Below are positions 46,823 to 56,174 of a stretch of DNA of 64,000 bases, one piece after another (the first letter of the stretch is position 1; every line of letters starts with the position of its first letter). The notes under the pieces were generated by a model. The model did no database searches. It saw only the letters and a program-made list of their open reading frames with translations, and was not told where the DNA came from. The stretch comes from an uncultured Candidatus Saccharibacteria bacterium. GTDB taxonomy: Bacteria; Patescibacteriota; Minisyncoccia; Sungbacterales; HO2-52-23. Both the position numbers and the translations under genes were made by a program. The stretch lies in the NCBI GenBank assembly GCA_964412615.1, contig CAYPPK010000001.1:54983-118982 (forward strand). The letters are read 5' to 3'.

Positions 46823-47905
46823 ATGTTTGGCAAAGTTTTCATTTCGGTTTTTGTTTTGGGAATTATTGCGGCAGCTGCTGCTTTCTTTTCCTTGGTTCCA
46901 ATTTCTAAAGAAACGGCAAAAAATTCGGAGAGAACACCAGCCACTATTCCCTTGGCTGAACCGGCGAAAGAAAATCCTCCTGAGGTTCGCCAAGTTGAGA
47001 TTGCCCTGCCGCCAATGGAATTGCCTCCGGTTGCTGCTCCGGTACTGCCTCAAGCTGCAGCAACCACTAATCCGGAAGTTCCAGCAAAAATTGAAATAAA
47101 AGCAGAGGATCCGCCAACCGGTCCGCCAGCTGGCGGACTAGAAAATATACCGGAAAAACCAACACTTCCTCCTTTGCGGGAAACGGAAATTTTAAAAGCA
47201 GTAGTAAAAATTCAGTGTCCAACCACAGACGGCCTGGGTAAGTATGTCGGTTCCGGATTTGTTATGGCCGGCGGTACGGTAATTACCGCCGCGCATGTGC
47301 TTAAGGATTCCAGTAGCAGAAATTGTGATGTTATCTTCCCGAATGACCGAAGACCTGTTCATTACTTGCGCGGCATTACCGAGGACTTGGAAATCATCCG
47401 CCAGCGGCATGATAAAGAGGGGATTGATGTGGCATACCTTACTCTGCCTGCTTTGGATTCTTATCCGGAAGCGGCTGCTATTTTCAGCAGTTATCCGAAA
47501 ATTTCTTATCCGATTTGCTCTGAACCGGAAATGCTTAATGATCGGCTGCTGCACTTTGGTTATCCTTCCAACTATGCGGATCAGTCATATCTTTCCCGAC
47601 AAGAAGGCAAAGCCGTAATTTATGCTGATATTAAAAGCGTAAAGAACCAGCTTTCTGAGGATCAAACCTATATCTATAGAACTCCTGTTTTTGCCTATAC
47701 CTATGATCAAAGTGAAATGCGTTCGTATATGGTAAGCCAAGTGGCTTCTTTTTACGGCGATTCAGGGGGTCTGGCTTTCAACGCGGATAAGCAATGCGTC
47801 ATCGGCCCGCATCGGGGAGGAACCATCGGCAAAGCAGCCGGAGAAAATTATTCCGTATTCATGAATTTGGGCTGGGAAAAAGCAAAATCCGTTTTGCCTA
47901 ATTAA
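46823..47905 (+). CDS. Membrane-anchored trypsin-like (S1) serine protease
   Basis: GSGF, ITAAHV (His), IDVA (Asp), FGYP, GDSGG (Ser). Confidence 0.88.
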   Translation: MFGKVFISVFVLGIIAAAAAFFSLVPISKETAKNSERTPATIPLAEPAKENPPEVRQVEIALPPMELPPVAAPVLPQAAATTNPEVPAKIEIKAEDPPTGPPAGGLENIPEKPTLPPLRETEILKAVVKIQCPTTDGLGKYVGSGFVMAGGTVITAAHVLKDSSSRNCDVIFPNDRRPVHYLRGITEDLEIIRQRHDKEGIDVAYLTLPALDSYPEAAAIFSSYPKISYPICSEPEMLNDRLLHFGYPSNYADQSYLSRQEGKAVIYADIKSVKNQLSEDQTYIYRTPVFAYTYDQSEMRSYMVSQVASFYGDSGGLAFNADKQCVIGPHRGGTIGKAAGENYSVFMNLGWEKAKSVLPN

Positions 47906-47995
47906 TGTTTGACATCTTTTTTAACACCCTGAGGGTACTTGACTTTTTTGGGCCGTAGTGTAAACCGGTATTTAGAACATGAACAAGGAGACGCT

Positions 47996-49618
47996 ATGGC
48001 AAAGCCCTCTGCGGAATATTGGGAATCTCGAGGAATTCCAAAAGAACTGTGTGAAGCCTATAAAGTTTTCTATGATGCCTGCAGGGTAATAAAAGTAGGC
48101 GGGGTTGATTGGCGTATCTTCCCTGGCGTGCCGGCAACTGACTCAATGGATGAAGGTCTCAAGAGACTGGATGAATTTGGCTTAGCCATTAGACTGGGGT
48201 TTTATTCAATTCTTTTGGGTCCAAATGAGGAAGCGACAAAATTTTTGGATAGTATGCAATGGGATGAGAGAAGAGTTGTTCTTTACAGGGTAGGTATGGA
48301 ATTTGCTAGGTCAAACATGGACGGAGGATTGAAATCTCCTGTTATACTTAGACATGCCGGCCAATTGCTCGGGGATAGTCCTTTATTAAATGAGGTTAGA
48401 GACCTGATACGTCAAGCGGCCCTGAGACCTATTACCGTTGTCCTAGAAGGAGATACTGGCACAGGCAAAGAACTGGTTGCCCGTCTTCTGCATAACGACA
48501 GCGATAGGAGAGAGCAACCATTTGTACCCATAAACTGCGCGGCGGTCCCCGAAACTCTTATGGAAAGCACGCTCTTCGGTCACGAAAGGGGTGCTTTTAC
48601 CGGCGCCGTAAATCGGCATCACGGTGTTTTTGAACAAGCAAATCACGGGACTCTCTTTCTAGATGAGATTACCGAACTTCAGTTGCACCTCCAGGCTAAG
48701 CTCCTGCGGGTTCTGCAGGAAGGAAAAATCAGAAGAGTTGGGGGGAAAGAAGATCTTGTAGTTGACGTGCGAGTGGTCGCGGCTACCAATAAAGGCCTTC
48801 TTAAAGCGCTTGCCGAAAGGACTCTCCGCCAGGATCTTTTCTATCGGCTGGACGTGGTGAGAATCCACATGCCTTCGCTAAGGGACCGTCCAGAGGACAT
48901 TGTCCTCTTGGCTCAGCATTTTTTGCTAAAAACATGCGCCTCCTGGGGAATTAATCCTCTTCCGGGGTTTTCTCCCGAGGCAATAGCTGCAATGCGTCTG
49001 CATTCCTGGCCGGGCAATGTCCGGGAGCTGGAAGCATGCGTTACTCGGGCACTGGTTAAGCATACGGGCGGCGTGATCGCCGAGAAGGATTTGGGAATCA
49101 ACGGCAAAAATACGGGAATTGAATCAGAACCGGATGAAGCGGAAGTGCTAAAGACATATTATGAGGTTCAGAGGGGACATGTTCTGCGGGTGCTAGAAGC
49201 CTGCAACTGGAACAGAACACATGCGGCTAAGATCTTGGGGGTTACCGTGAGGACTATAAGAAACAATCTGCGCAGAGAGAAAGAAGAAAGGATGCGCCGT
49301 GGTCAAAAAGGACTTGTGATTCCAGCCGGAGGCGATGGTCGCTCAATATCGGGGGTTCCAAGACCAGGGTTTGAAAAAGAGATTAAGAAAGGCGTAAGCA
49401 AACTTTTGGGTGATAAAGATTTTGGACCGGTTCATAAGCAAGATTGGCCTCCAAGAGGAGATAAAGGTTCCGATGTTACTAGAATTAGACTATTGCTTGT
49501 CGCACGAGCTCTCCGCCAAACAGACTTCCAAAAACGAAAAGCAGCCGAGTTACTAGGTATTTCGGAAGGCACTCTCGCTGCTTGGGCGAGCATGATTCGA
49601 AGGGTATACAGCCGATAA
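47996..49618 (+). CDS. Sigma54-interacting AAA+ enhancer-binding protein with two Fis-type HTHs
   Basis: GDTGTGKE, GAFTGA, FLDEI, RQDLFYRL, WPGNVRELE, NRTHAAKILG and KRKAAELLGIS; AAGGAG SD. Confidence 0.88.
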   Translation: MAKPSAEYWESRGIPKELCEAYKVFYDACRVIKVGGVDWRIFPGVPATDSMDEGLKRLDEFGLAIRLGFYSILLGPNEEATKFLDSMQWDERRVVLYRVGMEFARSNMDGGLKSPVILRHAGQLLGDSPLLNEVRDLIRQAALRPITVVLEGDTGTGKELVARLLHNDSDRREQPFVPINCAAVPETLMESTLFGHERGAFTGAVNRHHGVFEQANHGTLFLDEITELQLHLQAKLLRVLQEGKIRRVGGKEDLVVDVRVVAATNKGLLKALAERTLRQDLFYRLDVVRIHMPSLRDRPEDIVLLAQHFLLKTCASWGINPLPGFSPEAIAAMRLHSWPGNVRELEACVTRALVKHTGGVIAEKDLGINGKNTGIESEPDEAEVLKTYYEVQRGHVLRVLEACNWNRTHAAKILGVTVRTIRNNLRREKEERMRRGQKGLVIPAGGDGRSISGVPRPGFEKEIKKGVSKLLGDKDFGPVHKQDWPPRGDKGSDVTRIRLLLVARALRQTDFQKRKAAELLGISEGTLAAWASMIRRVYSR

Positions 49619-49624
49619 TTCATC

Positions 49625-49656
49625 CTTGCCAGAGGGAGAACCCTCTGGCCTTTTTT
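49625..49656 (+). terminator. Terminator hairpin, repeated at 51359-51382
   Basis: GCCAGAGGG-AGAA-CCCTCTGGC followed by T6. Confidence 0.7.
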
Positions 49657-49686
49657 AAAAAAATTTAAAAGAACCCGGAAGGGTTC

Positions 49687-51291
49687 TTAATGTTGTTCGG
49701 TCGTGGCAAGTGGTTTTGGCGATATGTCAATCCAGATGCCAACAATGCGAGTACCATCCGCCATTTGAACTTCATGTGCAAGACGCCAGTAGATCTCACG
49801 AGCTACTTCCGGGGTCGGGAAGAATGGGTTTACGGTAGCATATGTTTCTCTCCCGGAAGTAACTAATCTTACCCCCAATTGAAAACCGTCTATGCGCATA
49901 TCACCAAATAGACCGCGTCGCCACAAAGGCATAAAACAAACATAGTATTGCTGCGGTCGTTCCCGCGGATCCGGATAGTATTTTATTATAATTTCTCCAA
50001 GAATCCGGTTGGCCTTATTTACTACATTGGCGACTCCTCTAGTCATGGGGCCGTAAGCTCGGATAGCGCTTCCTGGGCCAGGAGAAGGTTGGCGATACAC
50101 CTCTTCCTTAGTAAAGCGAAGGGGAATGGCAATCAGACGAATCTCAGTCTTATACAAGCCGGCCAAGGGCTCAACTGTATCAAATCCTATTTCTTCCGGC
50201 AGTCCTCCTACGTTATGGTGATCCACCAGTTTAGTTTGGCTGCTAATGATATCAGAGTAGTTGGTCCCCATAACCAGTTTAAATTTTCTACCCAGTTTCC
50301 TCGCCTCTTTCTCAAAGACCCTGATGAATTTCCAGCCGATTACTTTTCGGAGCTTGTCGTAATAATGCCTGTCATCCCAGGAAAACGGAACGGCTTCTAC
50401 GGCTTGGTAAAATTCTTCTGCGGCATCAACAAAAAGCATGTTTTGTCTATCACGGAATCTTTCTTGCAGTGCTTCAAATTCTCCTTCTACCAAAAAACCA
50501 TTATTCACCACGACGGCAACTACTCTTGGAGCGCTGAGGGCTCTGACTGCTAACTCATAGGCAACAGAAGAATCTACTCCGCCGGAAAGTCCCACCAATA
50601 GGTCATCGTTTCCCGCCGCTTCTTTTATAAAGGCGCAGGCCTTTTCCACAAACAATAGGGGATTAAAGAAGTAATCCTGTCTGCAGCCGGCAGTATCAAA
50701 GAGTATATTTTTTAGGAATTTATCTCCGTTCATCGCATCTCCCATTTCCGGATGCCATTGCGTGCATATGATTGCGCGGTCCTCTCGGCCAAAGAGGGCA
50801 TGATGACAACTTTCGGTGCTTCCAAAGTTTTTCCATCCCGGTGGAAGAATTGATACTTCATCTCCATGGTTCATCACCACCTGGCCGCCGAAGTATTCAG
50901 CAAAATCACTTGTAATTGTAAGTTCAGTAGGTCCTGATTCTGTTTGTGCCGCTCTTTTTACGGCTCCACCAAAGAGATCAGCCAGCAGCTGGGCACCGTA
51001 ACAAATTCCCAGAAATTTTACTCCGCGCGTGAGCAGCTGTTCAACAATCTCTTTTGGAATTCTTAAGGCATTATGTTGATAAATACTGTCTGGGCCGCCT
51101 GATAAAATTACTATCCGAAGATTGCTTGCCCTGAGGGCTTCTTTGCAGAATTCCTCAACCGTATAAATCCTTGCGCACATTCCTACCTCTCGGCAGGCCT
51201 CTGCAATTAACGGCATAGATTTTGAACGGCAATCTACAATTGCAATATCTGCATCTTGCTTGATTCCCCAGGGGAATCTATGGGCCTTCAT
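49687..51291 (-). CDS. guaA: GMP synthase (glutamine-hydrolysing), divergent
   Basis: ILSGGP, GICYG, WHPE, SGGVDS, HHNVGGLP, EPL..LYK.E, PGPG; AAGGAG SD before ATG 51291. Confidence 0.85.
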   Translation of the reverse strand: MKAHRFPWGIKQDADIAIVDCRSKSMPLIAEACREVGMCARIYTVEEFCKEALRASNLRIVILSGGPDSIYQHNALRIPKEIVEQLLTRGVKFLGICYGAQLLADLFGGAVKRAAQTESGPTELTITSDFAEYFGGQVVMNHGDEVSILPPGWKNFGSTESCHHALFGREDRAIICTQWHPEMGDAMNGDKFLKNILFDTAGCRQDYFFNPLLFVEKACAFIKEAAGNDDLLVGLSGGVDSSVAYELAVRALSAPRVVAVVVNNGFLVEGEFEALQERFRDRQNMLFVDAAEEFYQAVEAVPFSWDDRHYYDKLRKVIGWKFIRVFEKEARKLGRKFKLVMGTNYSDIISSQTKLVDHHNVGGLPEEIGFDTVEPLAGLYKTEIRLIAIPLRFTKEEVYRQPSPGPGSAIRAYGPMTRGVANVVNKANRILGEIIIKYYPDPRERPQQYYVCFMPLWRRGLFGDMRIDGFQLGVRLVTSGRETYATVNPFFPTPEVAREIYWRLAHEVQMADGTRIVGIWIDISPKPLATTEQH

Positions 51292-51397
51292 CGCATGCTC
51301 CTTTAAAGGGTCTACTTTTTTCTTACTATAATTTTTTTCCAATGGCAATTTTTTAAATCTTGCCAGAGGGGTCGCCCTCTGGTATTTTGATTGGGTC

Positions 51398-52777
51398 ATG
51401 GCAAATGCCAAAAAAGGCAAAAAAGGATTAAAGCCCGGATTGGCGCGTATTTTTGGCGTTGTCTTTTTACTGCTGGGATTGGGTCTGGGTATTTTTGACT
51501 TTGCCGATTATTTTGGGAAAATGACCGGTTATAATTTGCCGCCACCGTTTAATTTTCCCTATCGTTTGGGATTAGATATCCAAGGCGGGACGCATTTGGT
51601 ATATAAGGCCGAGGTGGAAAATATCCCGGCCGGGGAGCGAGCTGAATCCATGGAGTCGGTGCGCAATGTTATTGAACGCCGGGTAAATCTTTTCGGAGTG
51701 GCCGAACCAGTGGTGCAAGTTGAGCGCGCTGGAGAGGAACAGCGGTTGATTGTAGAGCTTGCCGGCATCAAAGACGTAAATGCCGCAATTCAGTTAATAG
51801 GAGAAACCCCGTTTCTGGAATTCAGAGAAGAACGGGGGATTGAAGAGGTGGAAGCAATCTTAAAAACACAAAACGAAGGGGAACTTACGCCGGAAGCAAA
51901 TGTTTTATTTAAACCGACTGCGCTTACCGGCAGATTTGTAAAAAAAGCAACTCTGGAATTTGATTCTACTTCCAACCAACCATATATCGGCCTGGAGCTG
52001 ACTTCTGAAGGAGCGGGAATTTTTGCGGAACTAACGGCGCGTAACATTGAAAAACGCTTGGCTATTTTTCTTGACGGAACTCCTATTTCCGCTCCCATAG
52101 TGCGGGAAGAAATCAAAGACGGGAAAGCGCAAATCTCCGGCGGCTTTACGCCGCAGGAAGCAAAAGAATTAGTGCAGCGCCTTAATGCCGGCGCCTTGCC
52201 GGTTCCCATTTCCTTAATCGTCCAGCAGACCGTGGGTCCTGCTTTGGGGCAGGAATCCTTGCAAAGAAGCATACAAGCGGGAGTTTATGGATTCCTGGCG
52301 GTGGCACTTTTTATGATTTTTTGGTATCGCCTGCCGGGGATTCTCGCAGTGTTTGCTCTTCTTTTTTACGCAGCTATTGTTTTGGCCGTATTTAAGTTGA
52401 TTCCGGTAACACTGACCATAGCCGGCATTGCCGGATTTATTCTTTCAGTGGGTATGGCCGTAGACGCCAATGTGCTTATCTTTGAACGGTTAAAAGAAGA
52501 ATTAAAAAAAGGAAAAGCACTGGAGGAAGCGGTAAAAGAAGGATTTGGTCGCGCCTGGACTTCTATTCGCGATTCCAATGTTTCCAGTTTAATAACTTCG
52601 GCCATTCTTTATTGGATGGGCACCGGCGTGGTGCAAGGATTTGCTTTGACCCTTTCTATTGGAATTCTGGTTTCCATGTTTTCCGCCATTTGGGTCACCA
52701 GAACTCTTTTGCTCGCGGTTATGACTAGAAAATTACAAAACTGGAAAGTTCTGTTCCTGAGCGGAGTTACTAGATAA
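51398..52777 (+). CDS. secD: Protein translocase subunit SecD
   Basis: LGLDIQGG, VGPALG, GMAVDANVLIFER, GFA. Confidence 0.96.
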   Translation: MANAKKGKKGLKPGLARIFGVVFLLLGLGLGIFDFADYFGKMTGYNLPPPFNFPYRLGLDIQGGTHLVYKAEVENIPAGERAESMESVRNVIERRVNLFGVAEPVVQVERAGEEQRLIVELAGIKDVNAAIQLIGETPFLEFREERGIEEVEAILKTQNEGELTPEANVLFKPTALTGRFVKKATLEFDSTSNQPYIGLELTSEGAGIFAELTARNIEKRLAIFLDGTPISAPIVREEIKDGKAQISGGFTPQEAKELVQRLNAGALPVPISLIVQQTVGPALGQESLQRSIQAGVYGFLAVALFMIFWYRLPGILAVFALLFYAAIVLAVFKLIPVTLTIAGIAGFILSVGMAVDANVLIFERLKEELKKGKALEEAVKEGFGRAWTSIRDSNVSSLITSAILYWMGTGVVQGFALTLSIGILVSMFSAIWVTRTLLLAVMTRKLQNWKVLFLSGVTR

Positions 52778-52784
52778 ATCTAAT

Positions 52785-53702
52785 ATGAATATCATCAGTA
52801 AAAAATATATCTTTCTTTCCATCTCCGGTTTTTTGGTATTGGCAAGCATCGTTGCCGTTTCCGTCTGGGGCCTCAATTTTGGTCTTGATTTTACCGGGGG
52901 ATCTTTGCTGGAAATCAGATTTTTGCAGGATCGTCCTTCCGGCGCCGCTGTGCGAGAAAACTTGGCTTCCATAATAGACGGCGTGCAAATTCAGCCTAGT
53001 GGGGAAAAAGAAATGATTTTGCGTTTCCGGCATGCCAGCGAAGACGAACATCAAGCTATTTTAAATAAGTTGAAGGCTTTTGGCGAAGCGGAAGAATTGC
53101 GGTTTGATACCATTGGTCCAACTATCGGCGCCGAGCTTAGGCAAAAAGCAATTCTGGCGTTAGCTTTGGCGATTGCGGCAATAATTTTGTATATTGCCTG
53201 GGCTTTCCGCAAGGTCTCTAACCCGGTGTCTTCCTGGAAATACGGAGTGGTGGCAATTATCGCTTTGATCCACGATGTTGTTATACCCACCGGTATTTTT
53301 GCTTTTCTGGGAGAATGGAAAGGAGTTGAAGTGGATACTCTTTTTATCACCGCTCTCTTGACAATTCTGGGCTTTTCCGTACACGATACCATAGTAGTAT
53401 TTGACCGAATCAGAGAAAATCTGCGTAATCAAAAAGCCTTGGCAGGATCAGAAATGCGGCCGGAAGTATTTGCCTTAATAGTAAATGCCAGCATAAAAGA
53501 GACTGTTGCTCGTTCTCTTAATACGTCTTTAACGGTGCTGTTAGTTTTGTCTGCTGTCTTTATACTGGGAGGGGAAACTACTAAATATTTCTCTTTAGCC
53601 TTGATGCTGGGAATCATTTTTGGAACCTATTCTTCCATTTTTGTCGCCAGCCCTTTGCTGGTGGTGTGGAATAACTGGACCCAGCGGCAAAGAAGGGTCT
53701 AA
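52785..53702 (+). CDS. secF: Protein translocase subunit SecF
   Basis: GLDFTGG, IGPTIG, HD, GFSVHDTIVVFDRIREN, GTYSSIFVA. Confidence 0.96.
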   Translation: MNIISKKYIFLSISGFLVLASIVAVSVWGLNFGLDFTGGSLLEIRFLQDRPSGAAVRENLASIIDGVQIQPSGEKEMILRFRHASEDEHQAILNKLKAFGEAEELRFDTIGPTIGAELRQKAILALALAIAAIILYIAWAFRKVSNPVSSWKYGVVAIIALIHDVVIPTGIFAFLGEWKGVEVDTLFITALLTILGFSVHDTIVVFDRIRENLRNQKALAGSEMRPEVFALIVNASIKETVARSLNTSLTVLLVLSAVFILGGETTKYFSLALMLGIIFGTYSSIFVASPLLVVWNNWTQRQRRV

Positions 53703-53764
53703 ATTTGGCGCGGGGTAGACAAAAAAGAAGTAATGTGATATTCTTGCTTTGCTAATATCAATAC

Positions 53765-54805
53765 ATGACTCAACTCATGTTACCCATAAGACCGGAGGAG
53801 GCGACCCGAACGCTACTAAAAAAGCTGCCTACTAAGCGTATGCGCGACGTGGTGGAAAAACGCTTTGGTCTGCGGGGAGGGAAAAAGAAAACTTTAGAAG
53901 CAATCGGCCGGGAATACAAAATTACCAGGGAGCGAGTGCGCCAAATTGAAGCCGATGCTTTAAAACATTTGGCTAAACCTGAAAACTATCAGGAAATAGA
54001 GCCGACTTTGGCTGCTCTGGAAAATCATTTTCAAAATTGGGGAGGAGTCATTGCCGAACATCATTTCATTGCTATGGTTGAAAATTCTCGGCAAGTTCCG
54101 CATCTGGTTTTACTTTTAAAAATAGGGAAAGCATTTTCCGAGCTGCCTGAAAACAATCATTTGCATCGTCGCTGGGCGACGGATAAAAATGCGGCTTTGG
54201 CAGCGGAAAAAATAGTAGAAAAAGCTAAAACTCATTTAATGGAATGCGGCCAGCCTTTGCCTCGGCCCGAGCTGCAAGGGGTGGTGGCAAAATTCGCCAC
54301 TGAAATTTTTGGAAAGGAATTAACGCCCAATATCCACGAAGCGCAGCTTGGAATATCTCGGGACATCCGCAAAAATCCTTACGGCGAATACGGTTTGACC
54401 AGCTGGCCAACCATAAACCCCCGAGGGGTGAAGGACAAAGCTTACTTGGTACTTTCTAAAACCAAAAAGCCCATGCACTTCCGGGAAGTCGCTGATGCCA
54501 TTAATCATCTGGGCTGGAACAAACGCAAAGCTCATCCGCAAACCGTGCACAACGAACTGATTAAAGACAACCGTTTTGTTTTGGTGGGAAGAGGGCTCTA
54601 TGCTTTGCAAGAATGGGGTTATGAACCGGGAACCGTGCGAGAAATCCTGGTATCGATATTTAAACAAGCCGGCAAACCATTAAGCAAAGACGAAGTTATA
54701 AAAAAGGTATTGGAAAAGAGGTTTGTCAAACCACCCACTATTTTGCTCAATCTGCAAGATAAATCTTTATTTAAGCGGGCTGACGACGAATACACCTTGG
54801 CCTAG
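53765..54805 (+). CDS. Sigma70 region-4-like HTH plus C-terminal winged-helix (RpoE/HARE-like) protein
   Basis: RFGL..TLEAIGREYKITRERVRQIE; PMHFREV, QTVHNELIKDNRFVLVGRGLYAL.EW. Confidence 0.8.
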   Translation: MTQLMLPIRPEEATRTLLKKLPTKRMRDVVEKRFGLRGGKKKTLEAIGREYKITRERVRQIEADALKHLAKPENYQEIEPTLAALENHFQNWGGVIAEHHFIAMVENSRQVPHLVLLLKIGKAFSELPENNHLHRRWATDKNAALAAEKIVEKAKTHLMECGQPLPRPELQGVVAKFATEIFGKELTPNIHEAQLGISRDIRKNPYGEYGLTSWPTINPRGVKDKAYLVLSKTKKPMHFREVADAINHLGWNKRKAHPQTVHNELIKDNRFVLVGRGLYALQEWGYEPGTVREILVSIFKQAGKPLSKDEVIKKVLEKRFVKPPTILLNLQDKSLFKRADDEYTLA

Positions 54806-54820
54806 AGTCCTGGGCTATTT

Positions 54821-54856
54821 AACAAAAACCTGGTATAATTATACCAGGTTTTTGTT
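54821..54856. repeat. Perfect 36-bp palindrome
   Basis: AACAAAAACCTGGTATAA|TTATACCAGGTTTTTGTT. Confidence 0.9.
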
Positions 54857-54861
54857 TGGCC

Positions 54862-56169
54862 ATGCTTGACCTATTGCAAATAATTTTTGCGGTCCAAACC
54901 TGGATCTTTTCGCTCTGGTGGCTTTGGCTTTTTCTTGTTTTGGTTTATTTGGCATTTTCTATCTGGATGGCCTACGTGCAGGATTATTTTAAAAAATCCA
55001 TTAAGTGGGTGATGCTGGAAATGCGCGTTCCTCGCGAACTCCGCAAAAGCCCCCGGGCCATGGAGCAGATTTTTATGTCCATGCACGCCATGAGAAATTC
55101 TCCCGGCCAAGTGAAAGATAAGTATTGGGAAGGAGAGACCTCCATGTGGTTTTGCTGCGAAGTGGTTAGTTTTGGCGGAGAGATCCATTTTTATTTGCGG
55201 GTTCCGGAAAAAAATAAAAACATGGTGCAGTCGGCTTTTTACGCCCATTATCCGGACATTGAAATTACCGAAGTAGGTGAAGATTACATCCATCGTTTTC
55301 CCGAAAAAGTAGAAGAGGTGGAAGCGCTTGGTTATAATTTTTTTGGCAACGAGTTGATCTTGGCTAAACAAGACGCTTATCCTATCCGCACTTTTTACGA
55401 TTTTGAAGCAAATGAGGAAGAGCAGCAGCTGGATCCGGTGGCAACCCTGCTGGAAAACTTAAACAAACTTACGCCGCAGGAAAATATTATGGTGCAGATT
55501 TTAATTCGCCCTACCGATGATTCTTGGAAAAAGGAGTCGGAAAAATTAGTACAGGTATTAAAAGAGAAAGTTAGGACCGAATTTTCTACGGCCAGCGGCA
55601 AAATTGCTTTTACCGAGCGGACGCCGGGGGAAATGGAAACCATGAAGGCAATTGAGCGCAATATCAGCAAGCCCGGCTTTGATACGGTTATTCGCTATCT
55701 TTATATTGCTAAGAAAGAAGTATACAGCATGCATTTTGCCAGGCGGGGAGTTTTTTCCTCTTTTAATCAGTATGCTTCCGAAGCCTTAAATAAATTCAAG
55801 CACAATGTAAAAGCTTGGACCACTTCCAGCATGTGGGACCCTCCTTATGTTTTCCCCAAACACAGGGTCAAAGATAGAAAAGACCGTATTTATGCTAATT
55901 ACCGCCAGCGCTGGATGCATGAGGACACTTTTACCGGCAAATTGCTGCAAATGAAATTTGCTGACTGGGGTTTTACCGGTCAGCGCAAAGAAGCAAGTTA
56001 TGTGCTTAATGTGGAGGAGCTAGCCACTATTTATCATCCGCCAACCAACATAGTTCTGACTGGGCCCCTTATTAAGCGAATAGAAGCCAAAAAAATTGGT
56101 CCTCCGGCTGGTTTGCCTATTTACGGGGAAGAAGGGGAAGAACCTAATCTGCCTGGAATTAAAAAATAG
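54862..56169 (+). CDS. Membrane-anchored partner of the VirD4/HerA-like ATPase
   Basis: N-terminal TM helix; SPRAMEQ, AHYPDIEI, YPIRT, QILIRP, LNVEELATIYHPP; directly precedes the ATPase. Confidence 0.75.
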   Translation: MLDLLQIIFAVQTWIFSLWWLWLFLVLVYLAFSIWMAYVQDYFKKSIKWVMLEMRVPRELRKSPRAMEQIFMSMHAMRNSPGQVKDKYWEGETSMWFCCEVVSFGGEIHFYLRVPEKNKNMVQSAFYAHYPDIEITEVGEDYIHRFPEKVEEVEALGYNFFGNELILAKQDAYPIRTFYDFEANEEEQQLDPVATLLENLNKLTPQENIMVQILIRPTDDSWKKESEKLVQVLKEKVRTEFSTASGKIAFTERTPGEMETMKAIERNISKPGFDTVIRYLYIAKKEVYSMHFARRGVFSSFNQYASEALNKFKHNVKAWTTSSMWDPPYVFPKHRVKDRKDRIYANYRQRWMHEDTFTGKLLQMKFADWGFTGQRKEASYVLNVEELATIYHPPTNIVLTGPLIKRIEAKKIGPPAGLPIYGEEGEEPNLPGIKK

Positions 56170-56174
56170 ATAGC

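Noticed and set aside
53765-54805. A full sigma70 factor
   Set aside because: Only a region-4-like HTH is present; no region 2.
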